Of a stretch of DNA of 64,000 bases, positions 11,017 through 19,604 are shown piece after piece (within the stretch, counting starts at the first letter, position 1; every line of letters begins with the position of its first letter). The position numbers and the translations under genes were made by a program. The DNA is from a virus. The DNA is taken from positions 1 through 64,000 of the IMG/VR virus record IMGVR_UViG_3300042448_000646; one strand, 5' to 3'. The notes below the pieces were generated by a model. It was not told the DNA's origin. It did no database searches and saw nothing but the letters and a program-made list of their open reading frames with translations.

Positions 11017-11289
11017 ATGAAATTACTAAACTTTATTGGAGGCCTTTTCAAAGACGAAAAGGGTAATGTCTCTATGAAACGTTTGTGCGGCTTATTTTGC
11101 ACATTGACTCTGTGTGCAACTTTGTACGCCAACTCATTTACTGAAGCTCACTTTGCTCCTTCTGTTCCTTTGGTGGATGCAGTTGCTTTGTTGGCTTTTG
11201 GTTGTTTAGGTTTGACTTCTGTTGAGAAGATCATGAAGAAACCTGAATCCTCTAACTCTTCTGAAACTACTGAAACTACTGAATCTTAA
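11017..11289 (+). CDS. Putative holin (2 TM segments)
   Basis: SMKRL followed by two hydrophobic stretches and a charged tail. It lies immediately upstream of the lysin candidate. Confidence 0.6.
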   Translation: MKLLNFIGGLFKDEKGNVSMKRLCGLFCTLTLCATLYANSFTEAHFAPSVPLVDAVALLAFGCLGLTSVEKIMKKPESSNSSETTETTES

Positions 11290-11291
11290 TT

Positions 11292-11930
11292 ATGGCATAT
11301 ACTAAAGAACAAATCGAAGCCGCTGTTAAAGCCAAAGGATACGTTTGGTTTGAAGGCGAAAAAGGTTACGACCTAAACATTGTAGGCGTACGTAACTCCT
11401 CTACTGGAAATGATGTAACTAACTTGTTTGATGACAAGATTACACTTTCTTACAAAGTAGATGGTAAATGGATGTTTCACGAATGGCAGGCTACTACTGA
11501 CCCAGGTACTAAAGGTGTAAAGGAATTTCACAACGCAGCAGGTGTTGCTCGTTTGGTTCCTAATCAATATCGTGGTTCTCACGTGATTGGTTTACACCAA
11601 GGTAAGTATGAAGCTTTGAAGCAAGCCAAGAATGTAAAAGTGTATCGTGATGCTAACAAGGATATGACTTATGACGAAAAAACCATTACTGAAGGTATTT
11701 ACGGCATTAACATCCACAAAGCTGGTGCAGATTCTAATTTTGTAGAAAACTGGAGCGAAGGATGTCAAGTGTTCAAACGTGAACGTGACTTTAATGAGTT
11801 CATGGACCTTGCTCGTAAGTCTAGATTAATTTACGGAAACTCTTTTACTTACACTTTGCTTGAATCTGGTGACTTTATTGTTGCTGATAAAGTTGCAGGT
11901 GAAGCTAAAAAAGCCGCAAAGAAAAAATAA
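11292..11930 (+). CDS. Putative endolysin with an L,D-transpeptidase (YkuD)-like His/Cys motif
   Basis: GINIHKAG...NWSEGCQVF resembles the YkuD H-x(14-17)-SxGC motif. No signal peptide; adjacent to the holin candidate. Confidence 0.6.
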   Translation: MAYTKEQIEAAVKAKGYVWFEGEKGYDLNIVGVRNSSTGNDVTNLFDDKITLSYKVDGKWMFHEWQATTDPGTKGVKEFHNAAGVARLVPNQYRGSHVIGLHQGKYEALKQAKNVKVYRDANKDMTYDEKTITEGIYGINIHKAGADSNFVENWSEGCQVFKRERDFNEFMDLARKSRLIYGNSFTYTLLESGDFIVADKVAGEAKKAAKKK

Positions 11931-12388
11931 TGAAAAATTGGAAGACACTTTGTGGTCTTCTATTCTTAGTCAACTCTTGCTTTTGTCAAACAATTTCAAA
12001 AGCAGGAGATGGCTGGGATACAAAGATTGATTCTGCAATACAGATAATTAAAAAGTACGACTACGATAAGTATGTTGTCTTTAAAGAAGTCTGTCAGCGA
12101 GTTGATTTTTGGAAAAGTTCTTTCTCTTCCACAAGTGTAGTTGAAGGAGACTACACTATACTTATAGCAGATGCAGACATTAAGTTAAACTCAATCAATA
12201 ACTTAGCATGCATTCTAGTTCATGAAAGTCAACATCTTGTGTACATAATGCAGGACAGTAATATGAGTGAACACGAGGAAGAGTTTAAATGCTATATGTA
12301 CGAATTATCCTTTCTTCAAAACATCCCAACCCCCGAGCCTTGGTTACTGGCAAACATTTATGAAAAAATACACAAATATAAACAATGA
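11930..12388 (+). CDS. Exported zincin-like metallopeptidase (HExxH)
   Basis: N-terminal hydrophobic signal, ILVHESQHL and a downstream EEEFKCY. TAATG overlap with the lysin candidate. Confidence 0.55.
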   Translation: MKNWKTLCGLLFLVNSCFCQTISKAGDGWDTKIDSAIQIIKKYDYDKYVVFKEVCQRVDFWKSSFSSTSVVEGDYTILIADADIKLNSINNLACILVHESQHLVYIMQDSNMSEHEEEFKCYMYELSFLQNIPTPEPWLLANIYEKIHKYKQ

Positions 12389-14277
12389 AAAAACTCATTT
12401 TATTTGTAGTCGGGGTGTTGTCTCTTACTACTAGTCTCTTTGCACAAAGTGCAGCTACATCTCCTGGAACAGGGCATTGGGTCGTAATTGACTCAGGTTA
12501 TCAAGTTGCTACTAATACGGTAGGTCAAACGGTAGCTCCTCTCCATTTCTACAACACTTCTACTTCAGAGAAGATTACAGGTATGCAATTTCGTGTATTC
12601 TACGACAAAACAGCTTTTACTGCAGTCGTTCCTTCTCTTAAGATTTCTACTACAGATCAGTATCTTCAGTACGTAGATAGTAACACACAAGGATTCTTAA
12701 CAGTTACCTTGGCTTATACAGGTACTAGTTCTACTTACAACTATTCTAACGGAGCTACATTTGATTTGACTTTCACTCACGCTGCTGAGTCTGTATGGAA
12801 TACTTTAGATTCTATCAAGACTTTAAAAGTATCAGGGGTTAAGTCATTCTCTAACAGAGCTGCTACTAACTGGGGTAACGATACTACTTTGGTAGTTTAC
12901 TCTTATGGTGGACGTTTCAACCAAAAGGTATTGAGATTTGCTACTAAGTTTAAAAACGTAACAGGTACAGATGCTAAGAACTTAACAGTTAGCTTAGAGA
13001 AAAGAGCTAAAGGTTCTTCTACTTGGACTGAAGTTGCTGCACAGAAAACTAACTCTAACGGGGTTACTGTATTCCGTAAGTTCTTAGATACTACTTACTG
13101 GGATGTACGTATTGCAGTTAAGGGAGACACAATGACTCCAGGTAACGTATTTTCTACGGCAGATGCACAGAAGGTTAACCAAGCTATCTTAGGTCAATAC
13201 ACTCCTGCAGGATTTGATTACTACACAATGGATGTAAACGGAACTACTGGTGACATTTCTATTGCTGATGTATACTCTGTGTATGGACGTTTGGCAGGTA
13301 GATTCTCTGCTTGGCCTAACTCAAAGAAAGATGTAATGTTCTTCACAGTTGCTGAATATAATTCAATCAACGGAGCTACCTCGAACCTTACCTCCACATA
13401 CTCTACTATAAATAACTTTACTTACAGTGTAGATGGAAGAGATTCTATCACTTACTATGTAGCTGTTAAAGGAGACGCCAACGCTACAGGATTTAAGATG
13501 GCTCGTTTGACTCCTATTAAAATCATCAACCAGAATAACGCTAAGAACTACATCATTGACAAAACAGTAAGTTACGATGACCCTACTCTTGAGACTATTC
13601 AAATCAATATGCCTAAGGTGAAGGTAGAAGATGGCAACTTGGTAAACGTACCAGTTAAAGTTATAACTAACGGCAAAGACTTAGGAGCACTTCAATTAGA
13701 TCTTAAATACGACACAACTTACTTAGAGTTTAAGAACGTAGAAGTGACTGAAAAGATTATGAAGTGGACTTCTTACACCAATCCTTCTAATGGTATTGTT
13801 TCTTGGGGCGGGGCAGACTTAACCAATTCTAATCTATTAAAAGACGGAGAGGCTGTATTTACACTTCAGTTCATTGCTAAGAAACCCCAAGATTCTTGGG
13901 CTACCGCAGCAATCTGGACATCAGAGAAATACGTAGGAGACAAAGATGCTCGGGACATGAACATCACCCCTACTATGGGCATTATTGAAGTTCGTAGAAA
14001 AGGAACTGTAACATTTAATCAAGTAGAGGAGTTAATTGCTTTCCCTAATCCTAATGAAGGAGCTTTCCAAGTACAGTTTAAGATAGCTGAAGAATCCGAT
14101 GTTAACTTATCCCTCTACAACGAAGTAGGGCAGAAGGTTAAAAATATCCTAGACAAACACATGCCTGTAGGAAACTACAGGTATAGTGTAGACTTAGAAA
14201 GACTCCCTGACGGAGTTTACATCTTAACTTTAAGAACAGAAAAACAAATCCTAGACTCTAAACTATTAATCATATGA
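12385..14277 (+). CDS. Secreted cohesin-like / dockerin-like / cohesin protein with a T9SS type A C-terminal sorting domain
   Basis: Sec signal (MKKLILF...SLFAQ). Cohesin-like ITGMQFRVFYDK. Dockerin-like STADAQKVNQAILG...MDVNGTTGDISIAD. Cohesin VNVPVKV...GALQLDLKYDTTYLEF...VFTLQF. C-terminal domain AFPNPNEG...SLYNEVGQKV...LPDGVYILTL...SKLLII. Confidence 0.8.
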   Translation: MKKLILFVVGVLSLTTSLFAQSAATSPGTGHWVVIDSGYQVATNTVGQTVAPLHFYNTSTSEKITGMQFRVFYDKTAFTAVVPSLKISTTDQYLQYVDSNTQGFLTVTLAYTGTSSTYNYSNGATFDLTFTHAAESVWNTLDSIKTLKVSGVKSFSNRAATNWGNDTTLVVYSYGGRFNQKVLRFATKFKNVTGTDAKNLTVSLEKRAKGSSTWTEVAAQKTNSNGVTVFRKFLDTTYWDVRIAVKGDTMTPGNVFSTADAQKVNQAILGQYTPAGFDYYTMDVNGTTGDISIADVYSVYGRLAGRFSAWPNSKKDVMFFTVAEYNSINGATSNLTSTYSTINNFTYSVDGRDSITYYVAVKGDANATGFKMARLTPIKIINQNNAKNYIIDKTVSYDDPTLETIQINMPKVKVEDGNLVNVPVKVITNGKDLGALQLDLKYDTTYLEFKNVEVTEKIMKWTSYTNPSNGIVSWGGADLTNSNLLKDGEAVFTLQFIAKKPQDSWATAAIWTSEKYVGDKDARDMNITPTMGIIEVRRKGTVTFNQVEELIAFPNPNEGAFQVQFKIAEESDVNLSLYNEVGQKVKNILDKHMPVGNYRYSVDLERLPDGVYILTLRTEKQILDSKLLII

Positions 14278-14621
14278 ACTTAAAAGACAAACTTGGTTTC
14301 GGCCAAGCAGAACCCGTAGTAGTACCAGACAACAATCGTTTCTACTACATGCTACAACAGATGCAAGCTAACCGTTGGAAAATTACTGCCATTGTGTTAG
14401 GTCTATTTACCCTAATCATTGTTGGTATTAATGCTGCTGTCTTCTTAGGAGCATCTATTGGAGAAGACTGGAAAGAAATGTTGCTTATTCTTTTAGGTGC
14501 ATTTGTTGGTAACTTAAACAAAGTAGTTGACTATTGGTTTAACTCTGAAGACAGAGATAAAATGTTAATTCAAAAGGTGGATGAGGAAGATGGTGTATCT
14601 TTGTCAAACACAACTAACTAA
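14274..14621 (+). CDS. Two-TM membrane protein
   Basis: Hydrophobic segments ITAIVLGLFTLIIVGINAAVFLG and MLLILLGAFVG followed by VVDYWF. ATGA overlap with the upstream gene. Confidence 0.7.
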   Translation: MNLKDKLGFGQAEPVVVPDNNRFYYMLQQMQANRWKITAIVLGLFTLIIVGINAAVFLGASIGEDWKEMLLILLGAFVGNLNKVVDYWFNSEDRDKMLIQKVDEEDGVSLSNTTN

Positions 14622-14626
14622 TAATC

Positions 14627-14830
14627 ATGGCTATACCCTGTCCGATGTGCAAAGAACCCCTAGGCTTAGACTTAAAGTTTATCTTAAACAATCCTAAGTC
14701 TGGGTGTCCACACTGCGGCACTATCTTTAATTTCAAAATAAACGAAGAAATAAAAACTTCCTTCTATTCTGCAATTAAAGAAATAGAGAGTGTCAAGAAA
14801 TCGTATGAGGGTACAGTTGAATTTAAATAA
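14627..14830 (+). CDS. Small zinc-ribbon protein
   Basis: CPMC...CPHCG pair. Confidence 0.7.
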   Translation: MAIPCPMCKEPLGLDLKFILNNPKSGCPHCGTIFNFKINEEIKTSFYSAIKEIESVKKSYEGTVEFK

Positions 14831-14852
14831 AAAACAAACTAATATATAAATT

Positions 14853-15443
14853 ATGGCAGATTCAATTGCAGACCAATTTAGAGGACTTCCTATCGAAGAC
14901 CTTATTGTAAGCCCTATTGTCGGAATGGCAAAAGGACAAGCTAAATTAAACGAAGTAACTTGGAGATACATCTCTGAGGTAGCTTTTGAGAAAAAAGGTG
15001 ATGTTAATGTTGCACGCTCTCTTGATGTAGAGATGCAACGTGTATTCACAAACGGAGACACAGGAGTTCAAGAACTTAAGACTGTTTACAGTAAAGTTCC
15101 TATGCTTCCTTTGGTTCCATTGCCTTCTTTGGCAATTACTTCTGCTGACATCAATTTCACTATGGAAGTAAAAACTTCAGACATGACTAAAGAATCTAAT
15201 GATTCTGAAACAGCTTATGAAGTAACTGCAGGTGGCAAATGGTGGGGTATGAGTTTCAATGCTAAGGTATCTGGTAGTGTAAGTGCTCACAAAGAGAACA
15301 CTAGACAGAGTGACAACTCAGCTAAGTATGAAGTAAAAGTACACGCAGAGCAATTACCTCCAACAGAAGGTATGCTTAAATTATCTGATTTTCTTACAGC
15401 AATGTTAGAGCCTTCTTTGGTTCCGTTGACTAAAGAATCTTAA
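14853..15443 (+). CDS. DUF2589-like protein (long form)
   Basis: LPIEDLIVSPIVGMAKGQAKL...KVPMLPLVPLPSLAITSADINFTMEVK...DNSAKYEVKVHAEQLPPTEGMLKL, the pattern I recognise for DUF2589. Confidence 0.75.
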   Translation: MADSIADQFRGLPIEDLIVSPIVGMAKGQAKLNEVTWRYISEVAFEKKGDVNVARSLDVEMQRVFTNGDTGVQELKTVYSKVPMLPLVPLPSLAITSADINFTMEVKTSDMTKESNDSETAYEVTAGGKWWGMSFNAKVSGSVSAHKENTRQSDNSAKYEVKVHAEQLPPTEGMLKLSDFLTAMLEPSLVPLTKES

Positions 15444-15469
15444 TTAGAAAATTTGAGTAGTTTTGTAGT

Positions 15470-15940
15470 ATGGCAAGATTAAACATTGAGGAACTTGTAG
15501 GCGGTCTATTAGAGGCCGCCATGGTTTCTCAGAGTATTAGTGAACGACAACACATTAATGCTCTACGAAATTACTTTAATGAGGACGGTACTCCAAAGGT
15601 TACAAACTTTATGATTGGAGACAAGGAGTTACTAGTGCCTCTTTACATTCTAGCAGATCACTCTTCTATCGGACTAGATGAGTTAGATATAGAGTTTGAA
15701 GCTAGATTAATTTTTGGGGATGAGGAGAAGGAAGTATCCAGTCTTAAGAAGTCTCTACTGGGACTATTTAAGAAGAAGGGGTATGAACACAATATAAAAG
15801 GAATTGAAGTAGACTCAGGAATCAATCCAAGTTCTTCAGGGATGGCTAAGATTAAAGTTAAATTTAAAGCCGATGAAAAGCCTGAAGCCGTGTCTAGAAT
15901 CATTGACTCTTATATACAAGCATTAGGACAAACAAACTAA
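15470..15940 (+). CDS. DUF2589-like protein (short paralogue)
   Basis: IEELVGGL...VPLYILADHSSIGLDELDIEFEARL...KIKVKFKADEKPEAVSRIID; shares the architecture of the upstream gene. Confidence 0.7.
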   Translation: MARLNIEELVGGLLEAAMVSQSISERQHINALRNYFNEDGTPKVTNFMIGDKELLVPLYILADHSSIGLDELDIEFEARLIFGDEEKEVSSLKKSLLGLFKKKGYEHNIKGIEVDSGINPSSSGMAKIKVKFKADEKPEAVSRIIDSYIQALGQTN

Positions 15941-15941
15941 T

Positions 15942-16202
15942 ATGAAAGAAGGATCTATAGGTGAAACATTTTTTGAGAAGCTGAAAGAGCAATCCTTCAC
16001 TATTATATTATTAGTGGGCATCTTGTACTACCAGAACATGAATTTTAAAAGTCAGTTGGAAGAGTACAAAAAGATGATAACTGATAAAGAAACTTTAATC
16101 CTTAAACTTACTGAGGACGAAAGAGCTAGAATGATTGAGCGTAATCAGTACTTAACGGAGCAAAGAGATAAATATGTAGAAGAACTCATAAATAAAAATT
16201 AA
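15942..16202 (+). CDS. Single-TM coiled-coil membrane protein
   Basis: FTIILLVGILYY followed by a charged heptad helix. Confidence 0.65.
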   Translation: MKEGSIGETFFEKLKEQSFTIILLVGILYYQNMNFKSQLEEYKKMITDKETLILKLTEDERARMIERNQYLTEQRDKYVEELINKN

Positions 16203-16206
16203 TACT

Positions 16207-16524
16207 ATGTCAGAAGAAAAAGAAGAAGGCGGTATGTCCGCTATCAAAAAAACCATCATTGGAGCAATCACTACCGCAGTAACTGCAGGTGGTGCTTGGT
16301 TTGCTACTCATTTAGGTGGGGGCGAAGAAAAAGCCGAAGGGCCAGCTGCTGTATCAGCACCTGCACCTGTGATTAACATCACTACGAACAACGAACAGAA
16401 GCAACAAGCAAACACTGGTGGTGGCGGTAAAACCATTATCATCAAAGAAAAGGCTGCACCTGCAGCTGCTCCTGCTCCAGCTCCTGCCGCTAAACCTCAG
16501 CCAGATGAAGAAGATCCTTGGTAA
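16207..16524 (+). CDS. Single-TM protein with Pro/Ala-rich linkers
   Basis: IIGAITTAVTAGGAWFA membrane anchor, AAPAAAPAPAPAAKP linker and acidic EEDPW C-terminus. Confidence 0.7.
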   Translation: MSEEKEEGGMSAIKKTIIGAITTAVTAGGAWFATHLGGGEEKAEGPAAVSAPAPVINITTNNEQKQQANTGGGGKTIIIKEKAAPAAAPAPAPAAKPQPDEEDPW

Positions 16525-17194
16525 TCTGCTATTAGTAATTTTACTATACGGTTGTGGGTCGATGAAGACAACCACCGATAGTGAGGTTATTGAAACAAAA
16601 GACATCTCTACTGTATCTGGTTATACAGATTCAATTAAAAAAACTGTACAGGTAGTAAGTGTAGATATGACTAAAGTACTTTCTTTGTATCCTGCATTAC
16701 AAGAGAAAAACGTAGGTTTAGGTTTTGCAGAATCTGTATTAGACTATCTAGATGAAACAAATCGTTTTGTATTTACTGAGGAGAAGGCTGAAATCAAGGA
16801 GAGGATGGTAACTCAATTCAAAGCTTCTAAAAAAGGAGTATTTGACGAGCCTATTGACGGCAAAGGGAAGATCAAACCTGCTCACTACTTTGTTTATGTA
16901 ACTGTGGCTGATTTTGCCGTAGATGAAGACGAAGCAGTTCAAGGAGGAAAAACTAAAGTAGTAGTAACTACTTTTATCCGACTCCAAGTTCGTTTTGTAG
17001 ATGCCAAGACTGGGCAAATCTACATTGGTTCTGGAGAAGGAGAATCTTTAAAAGTAGGGGAATCATTCTTAAAATCTCTTGATGATATGAAGTTTTCTCA
17101 AAGTACCGTAGGTAAGGCAACACGCAAATCGCTAGAAACAGCATGCACAAAAGTGATTGAAAACCTTATCAAGAACGGTGTCTTTAAGAGTTAA
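16505..17194 (+). CDS. CsgG/HfaB-like lipoprotein
   Basis: Restarted at the ATG at 16505, giving MKKILGNLLLVILLYG-C (lipobox). The core GLGFAESVLDYLDETNRFVFTE...AHYFVYVTVADF...LQVRFVDAKTGQI matches the CsgG-family pattern. Confidence 0.7.
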   Translation: MKKILGNLLLVILLYGCGSMKTTTDSEVIETKDISTVSGYTDSIKKTVQVVSVDMTKVLSLYPALQEKNVGLGFAESVLDYLDETNRFVFTEEKAEIKERMVTQFKASKKGVFDEPIDGKGKIKPAHYFVYVTVADFAVDEDEAVQGGKTKVVVTTFIRLQVRFVDAKTGQIYIGSGEGESLKVGESFLKSLDDMKFSQSTVGKATRKSLETACTKVIENLIKNGVFKS

Positions 17195-18623
17195 CATATT
17201 GTTTTTATTACTAAGTATTGGACTGAGTTTAAAAGCTCAGTCCTTTACTTATAGTTACACAGATCCGTGTACTAAAGAACTAAAGTTCATTAATGCGGAT
17301 ATGAATACGCCTATAATGATTTCTTACTACGGGCAGGTAAGAGCTTTTAGTTACGTTGAACTACAAGATGGTACGTTTGACGCTTGGTTAAGTTCTACTT
17401 TTACAAACTTCAGTACTTCCAAACCTTGTGAGGGGGTACTAACAACAACCACTACAACAACTTCTACCAATACGGTAATGGGTTTAGTAAATAGTGTAAT
17501 GACCTTGAACTCTTTAACGAGTTTAGACTTATCTTCGACATCCCTGGGTTCTGGGACTTCTGTAGGAGGAACAACCACCTCAGGGACATCGGGAGTTAAT
17601 GTAAAGACTAAAAATGGAAAGTCGAACGACAAATCAGATGGTGATGGAAGCAATAGCACTACTGGTGATGTTGGGAATACTTCTAGTTCGGGTGACCAAT
17701 CATCTGGACAAGGATCCGTGGGGTCGGAAGGACAAGTAAATAATGATGGAAGCAACTCAAATAATAACTCTAGCGGCTCTAACAATTCTGGGAGCAGTTC
17801 TGGGAGTAGCTCTGGTTCTTCTTCTGGTAGTAGTGGCAATGGTTCTAATGGAGGCAGCGGTTCTGGCACACCTTCAGATAAAAAGGCTGATGAGAAAACT
17901 CCTGAAAAAGTAGAAGAACAAAAGAGTGAGACTCAGAAAGCAGGAGGTAACTCTACGGCAAAAGCTGCTGCTAAAGGTAAAGTAGAAACTCAGAAGCCAG
18001 CTATCTTAGTCACAGGTGACATAGTAGGAATCCAAACTGCTAAGAGCGACAAGCAAGACGCAAGAGGTACAATGTCTTTTACTAGAGTAAAAGGAGATGG
18101 TACAGCTTCTGTAGGACTGTCTGGAGATTACATGGTTAATGCCAAGATAGGAAACATAGGAGCCATAAAATCTTGGATTGGATCAAACCAAAAAGGAAAC
18201 AAACATATTAACGTACTTTCAGCAGGACTAGGATTGATGCCCAAGTCATTCACTACTTCACTACTCTTTGTCAGAGTAAACTCAATTAAAAATTTCACAG
18301 CTTTGTATGGAGCTGCAGGTTCATATGGTAAACTATTTGAGGAAGAACTAATCTCTACTATGATTATAGGAGGTTTTATGTACAAGGGTCAGATTTCTAA
18401 GCATCTTGATGCTACGATTATTGCTGCTGCCGTGTACGCTCCTTACACTAAATACTACAGCGAGAGTCTATTCCAAAGCAACCCAATTATTGTTCCATTC
18501 CTAAACATAAACTATTCAATCACAAAAACTTTTAAGTTTGGACTTACAGGGGGAGGAACATACATAGCAAACCAAGACATAGTAAACTACCAAATCTTAG
18601 TAGGAGGTAAGCTGAAGATATGA
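17157..18623 (+). CDS. Exported protein with a Ser/Gly-rich linker and a putative C-terminal outer-membrane beta-barrel
   Basis: Signal-like ILFLLLSIGLSLKA-Q (exact start uncertain), a two-Cys N-domain, a long S/G/N linker, then alternating amphipathic strands ending FKFGLTGGGTY...YQILVGGKLKI. Confidence 0.6.
   Translation: MKTLSRTVSLRVNILFLLLSIGLSLKAQSFTYSYTDPCTKELKFINADMNTPIMISYYGQVRAFSYVELQDGTFDAWLSSTFTNFSTSKPCEGVLTTTTTTTSTNTVMGLVNSVMTLNSLTSLDLSSTSLGSGTSVGGTTTSGTSGVNVKTKNGKSNDKSDGDGSNSTTGDVGNTSSSGDQSSGQGSVGSEGQVNNDGSNSNNNSSGSNNSGSSSGSSSGSSSGSSGNGSNGGSGSGTPSDKKADEKTPEKVEEQKSETQKAGGNSTAKAAAKGKVETQKPAILVTGDIVGIQTAKSDKQDARGTMSFTRVKGDGTASVGLSGDYMVNAKIGNIGAIKSWIGSNQKGNKHINVLSAGLGLMPKSFTTSLLFVRVNSIKNFTALYGAAGSYGKLFEEELISTMIIGGFMYKGQISKHLDATIIAAAVYAPYTKYYSESLFQSNPIIVPFLNINYSITKTFKFGLTGGGTYIANQDIVNYQILVGGKLKI
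17640..17872 (+). repeat. Low-complexity Ser/Gly/Asn-coding stretch (SSSG repeats)
   Basis: Encodes SSSGSSSGSSSGSSGNGSNGGSGSG; degenerate at the DNA level. Confidence 0.7.
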
Positions 18624-19603
18624 GATGGGTTATTATTCTATTCTTATTTTCAAGCTCTCTAAGCGCACAGTTTACTTATTCTGGGTATCTTTATAATGCA
18701 AATGGATCTGGAGCAAATAACGTAGCTGTAAAGCTATATAGAAGGACAAACTCTACTATAACAGGATTTACTTCTCAGAGTAATTATAATGGGCACTCTT
18801 ACTATCGTTCTACAGGAACAGCTAACTGGACTACAGCTAAAGCTAACTGTGTTGCTATGGGGGGTTATTTAGTAACAGTTACAAGTTCAGGTGAAAATAG
18901 TTTCTTATTTAATCTTTGGCCTTCTGGTTGGATAGGACTAACAGATGAAGTAACAGAGGGGACTTGGAAATGGGTAACAGGAGAAACTTTTTCTTACACA
19001 AACTGGAACTCAGGAGAACCCAATAACTCAGGTAATGAAGACTATATTCAGTTTGTAAGTGGTGGAAAGTGGAATGACTTAAACAATAGTAGTAGTCTGG
19101 CTTATGTTATAGAGTTTGACTACATAGTAACAACTTCTTCTTGGACACTTTATAAAACTATTTATACTAACTCTTCGGGGTACTATTCTATCTCTGAGAC
19201 TTATGATCCTTCTAAAGAGTACTACATAGAGATAGCTGCCCCTACTAGAGTCCAGGCTTATGCAACTTCAGATATCCAAGGAGTATCTAATACTATACTA
19301 GGAAAGACTACAAGGAACGGCTTGTCCTTTCACATGTATGATGTAAACGATGACGGATTACTTTCAGTAGCAGACAAGTATTATGTGGCTGCAAGAAAAG
19401 CAGGAAGGTTTTCTAAGTGGAGAACAGCTCCTGACGTAAGAATCTTTACTACTGCTCAATACAATGCAATTAAAGCGGCTACTACAAACGTACGTGCAAC
19501 TTATCCTGGAGTTTCCACTCATACAACTTCTACTTTAACTAGTGGAGGAACTTTAAATCTCTACATAATAGCTCCTGGTTATGCTGGAGCAGTAACCTAC
19601 TAA
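18620..19603 (+). CDS. Secreted C-type lectin plus dockerin-like protein
   Basis: Sec signal. C-type lectin domain YNGHSYY...GGYLVTVTSSGEN...WIGLTD...EGTWKWVTGE...NWNSGEPNN...ED...KWNDL. Dockerin-like MYDVNDDGLLSVAD. Confidence 0.85.
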   Translation: MRWVIILFLFSSSLSAQFTYSGYLYNANGSGANNVAVKLYRRTNSTITGFTSQSNYNGHSYYRSTGTANWTTAKANCVAMGGYLVTVTSSGENSFLFNLWPSGWIGLTDEVTEGTWKWVTGETFSYTNWNSGEPNNSGNEDYIQFVSGGKWNDLNNSSSLAYVIEFDYIVTTSSWTLYKTIYTNSSGYYSISETYDPSKEYYIEIAAPTRVQAYATSDIQGVSNTILGKTTRNGLSFHMYDVNDDGLLSVADKYYVAARKAGRFSKWRTAPDVRIFTTAQYNAIKAATTNVRATYPGVSTHTTSTLTSGGTLNLYIIAPGYAGAVTY

Positions 19604-19604
19604 C

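Noticed and set aside
16418-16504. Upstream GTG start given by the ORF track for the lipoprotein
   Set aside because: The ATG at 16505 yields a canonical lipoprotein signal; the extension is only overlap with the previous gene.
15942-17194. Classical i-spanin/o-spanin pair
   Set aside because: 15942 has a TM plus coiled coil, but the nearby lipoprotein is large and CsgG-like rather than a short Pro-rich o-spanin. A spanin role is not excluded but is unsupported.
17640-17872. Curlin/amyloid subunit for the CsgG-like protein
   Set aside because: It is a simple S/G/N linker without periodic curlin Q/N-x-G-x-x-N repeats.
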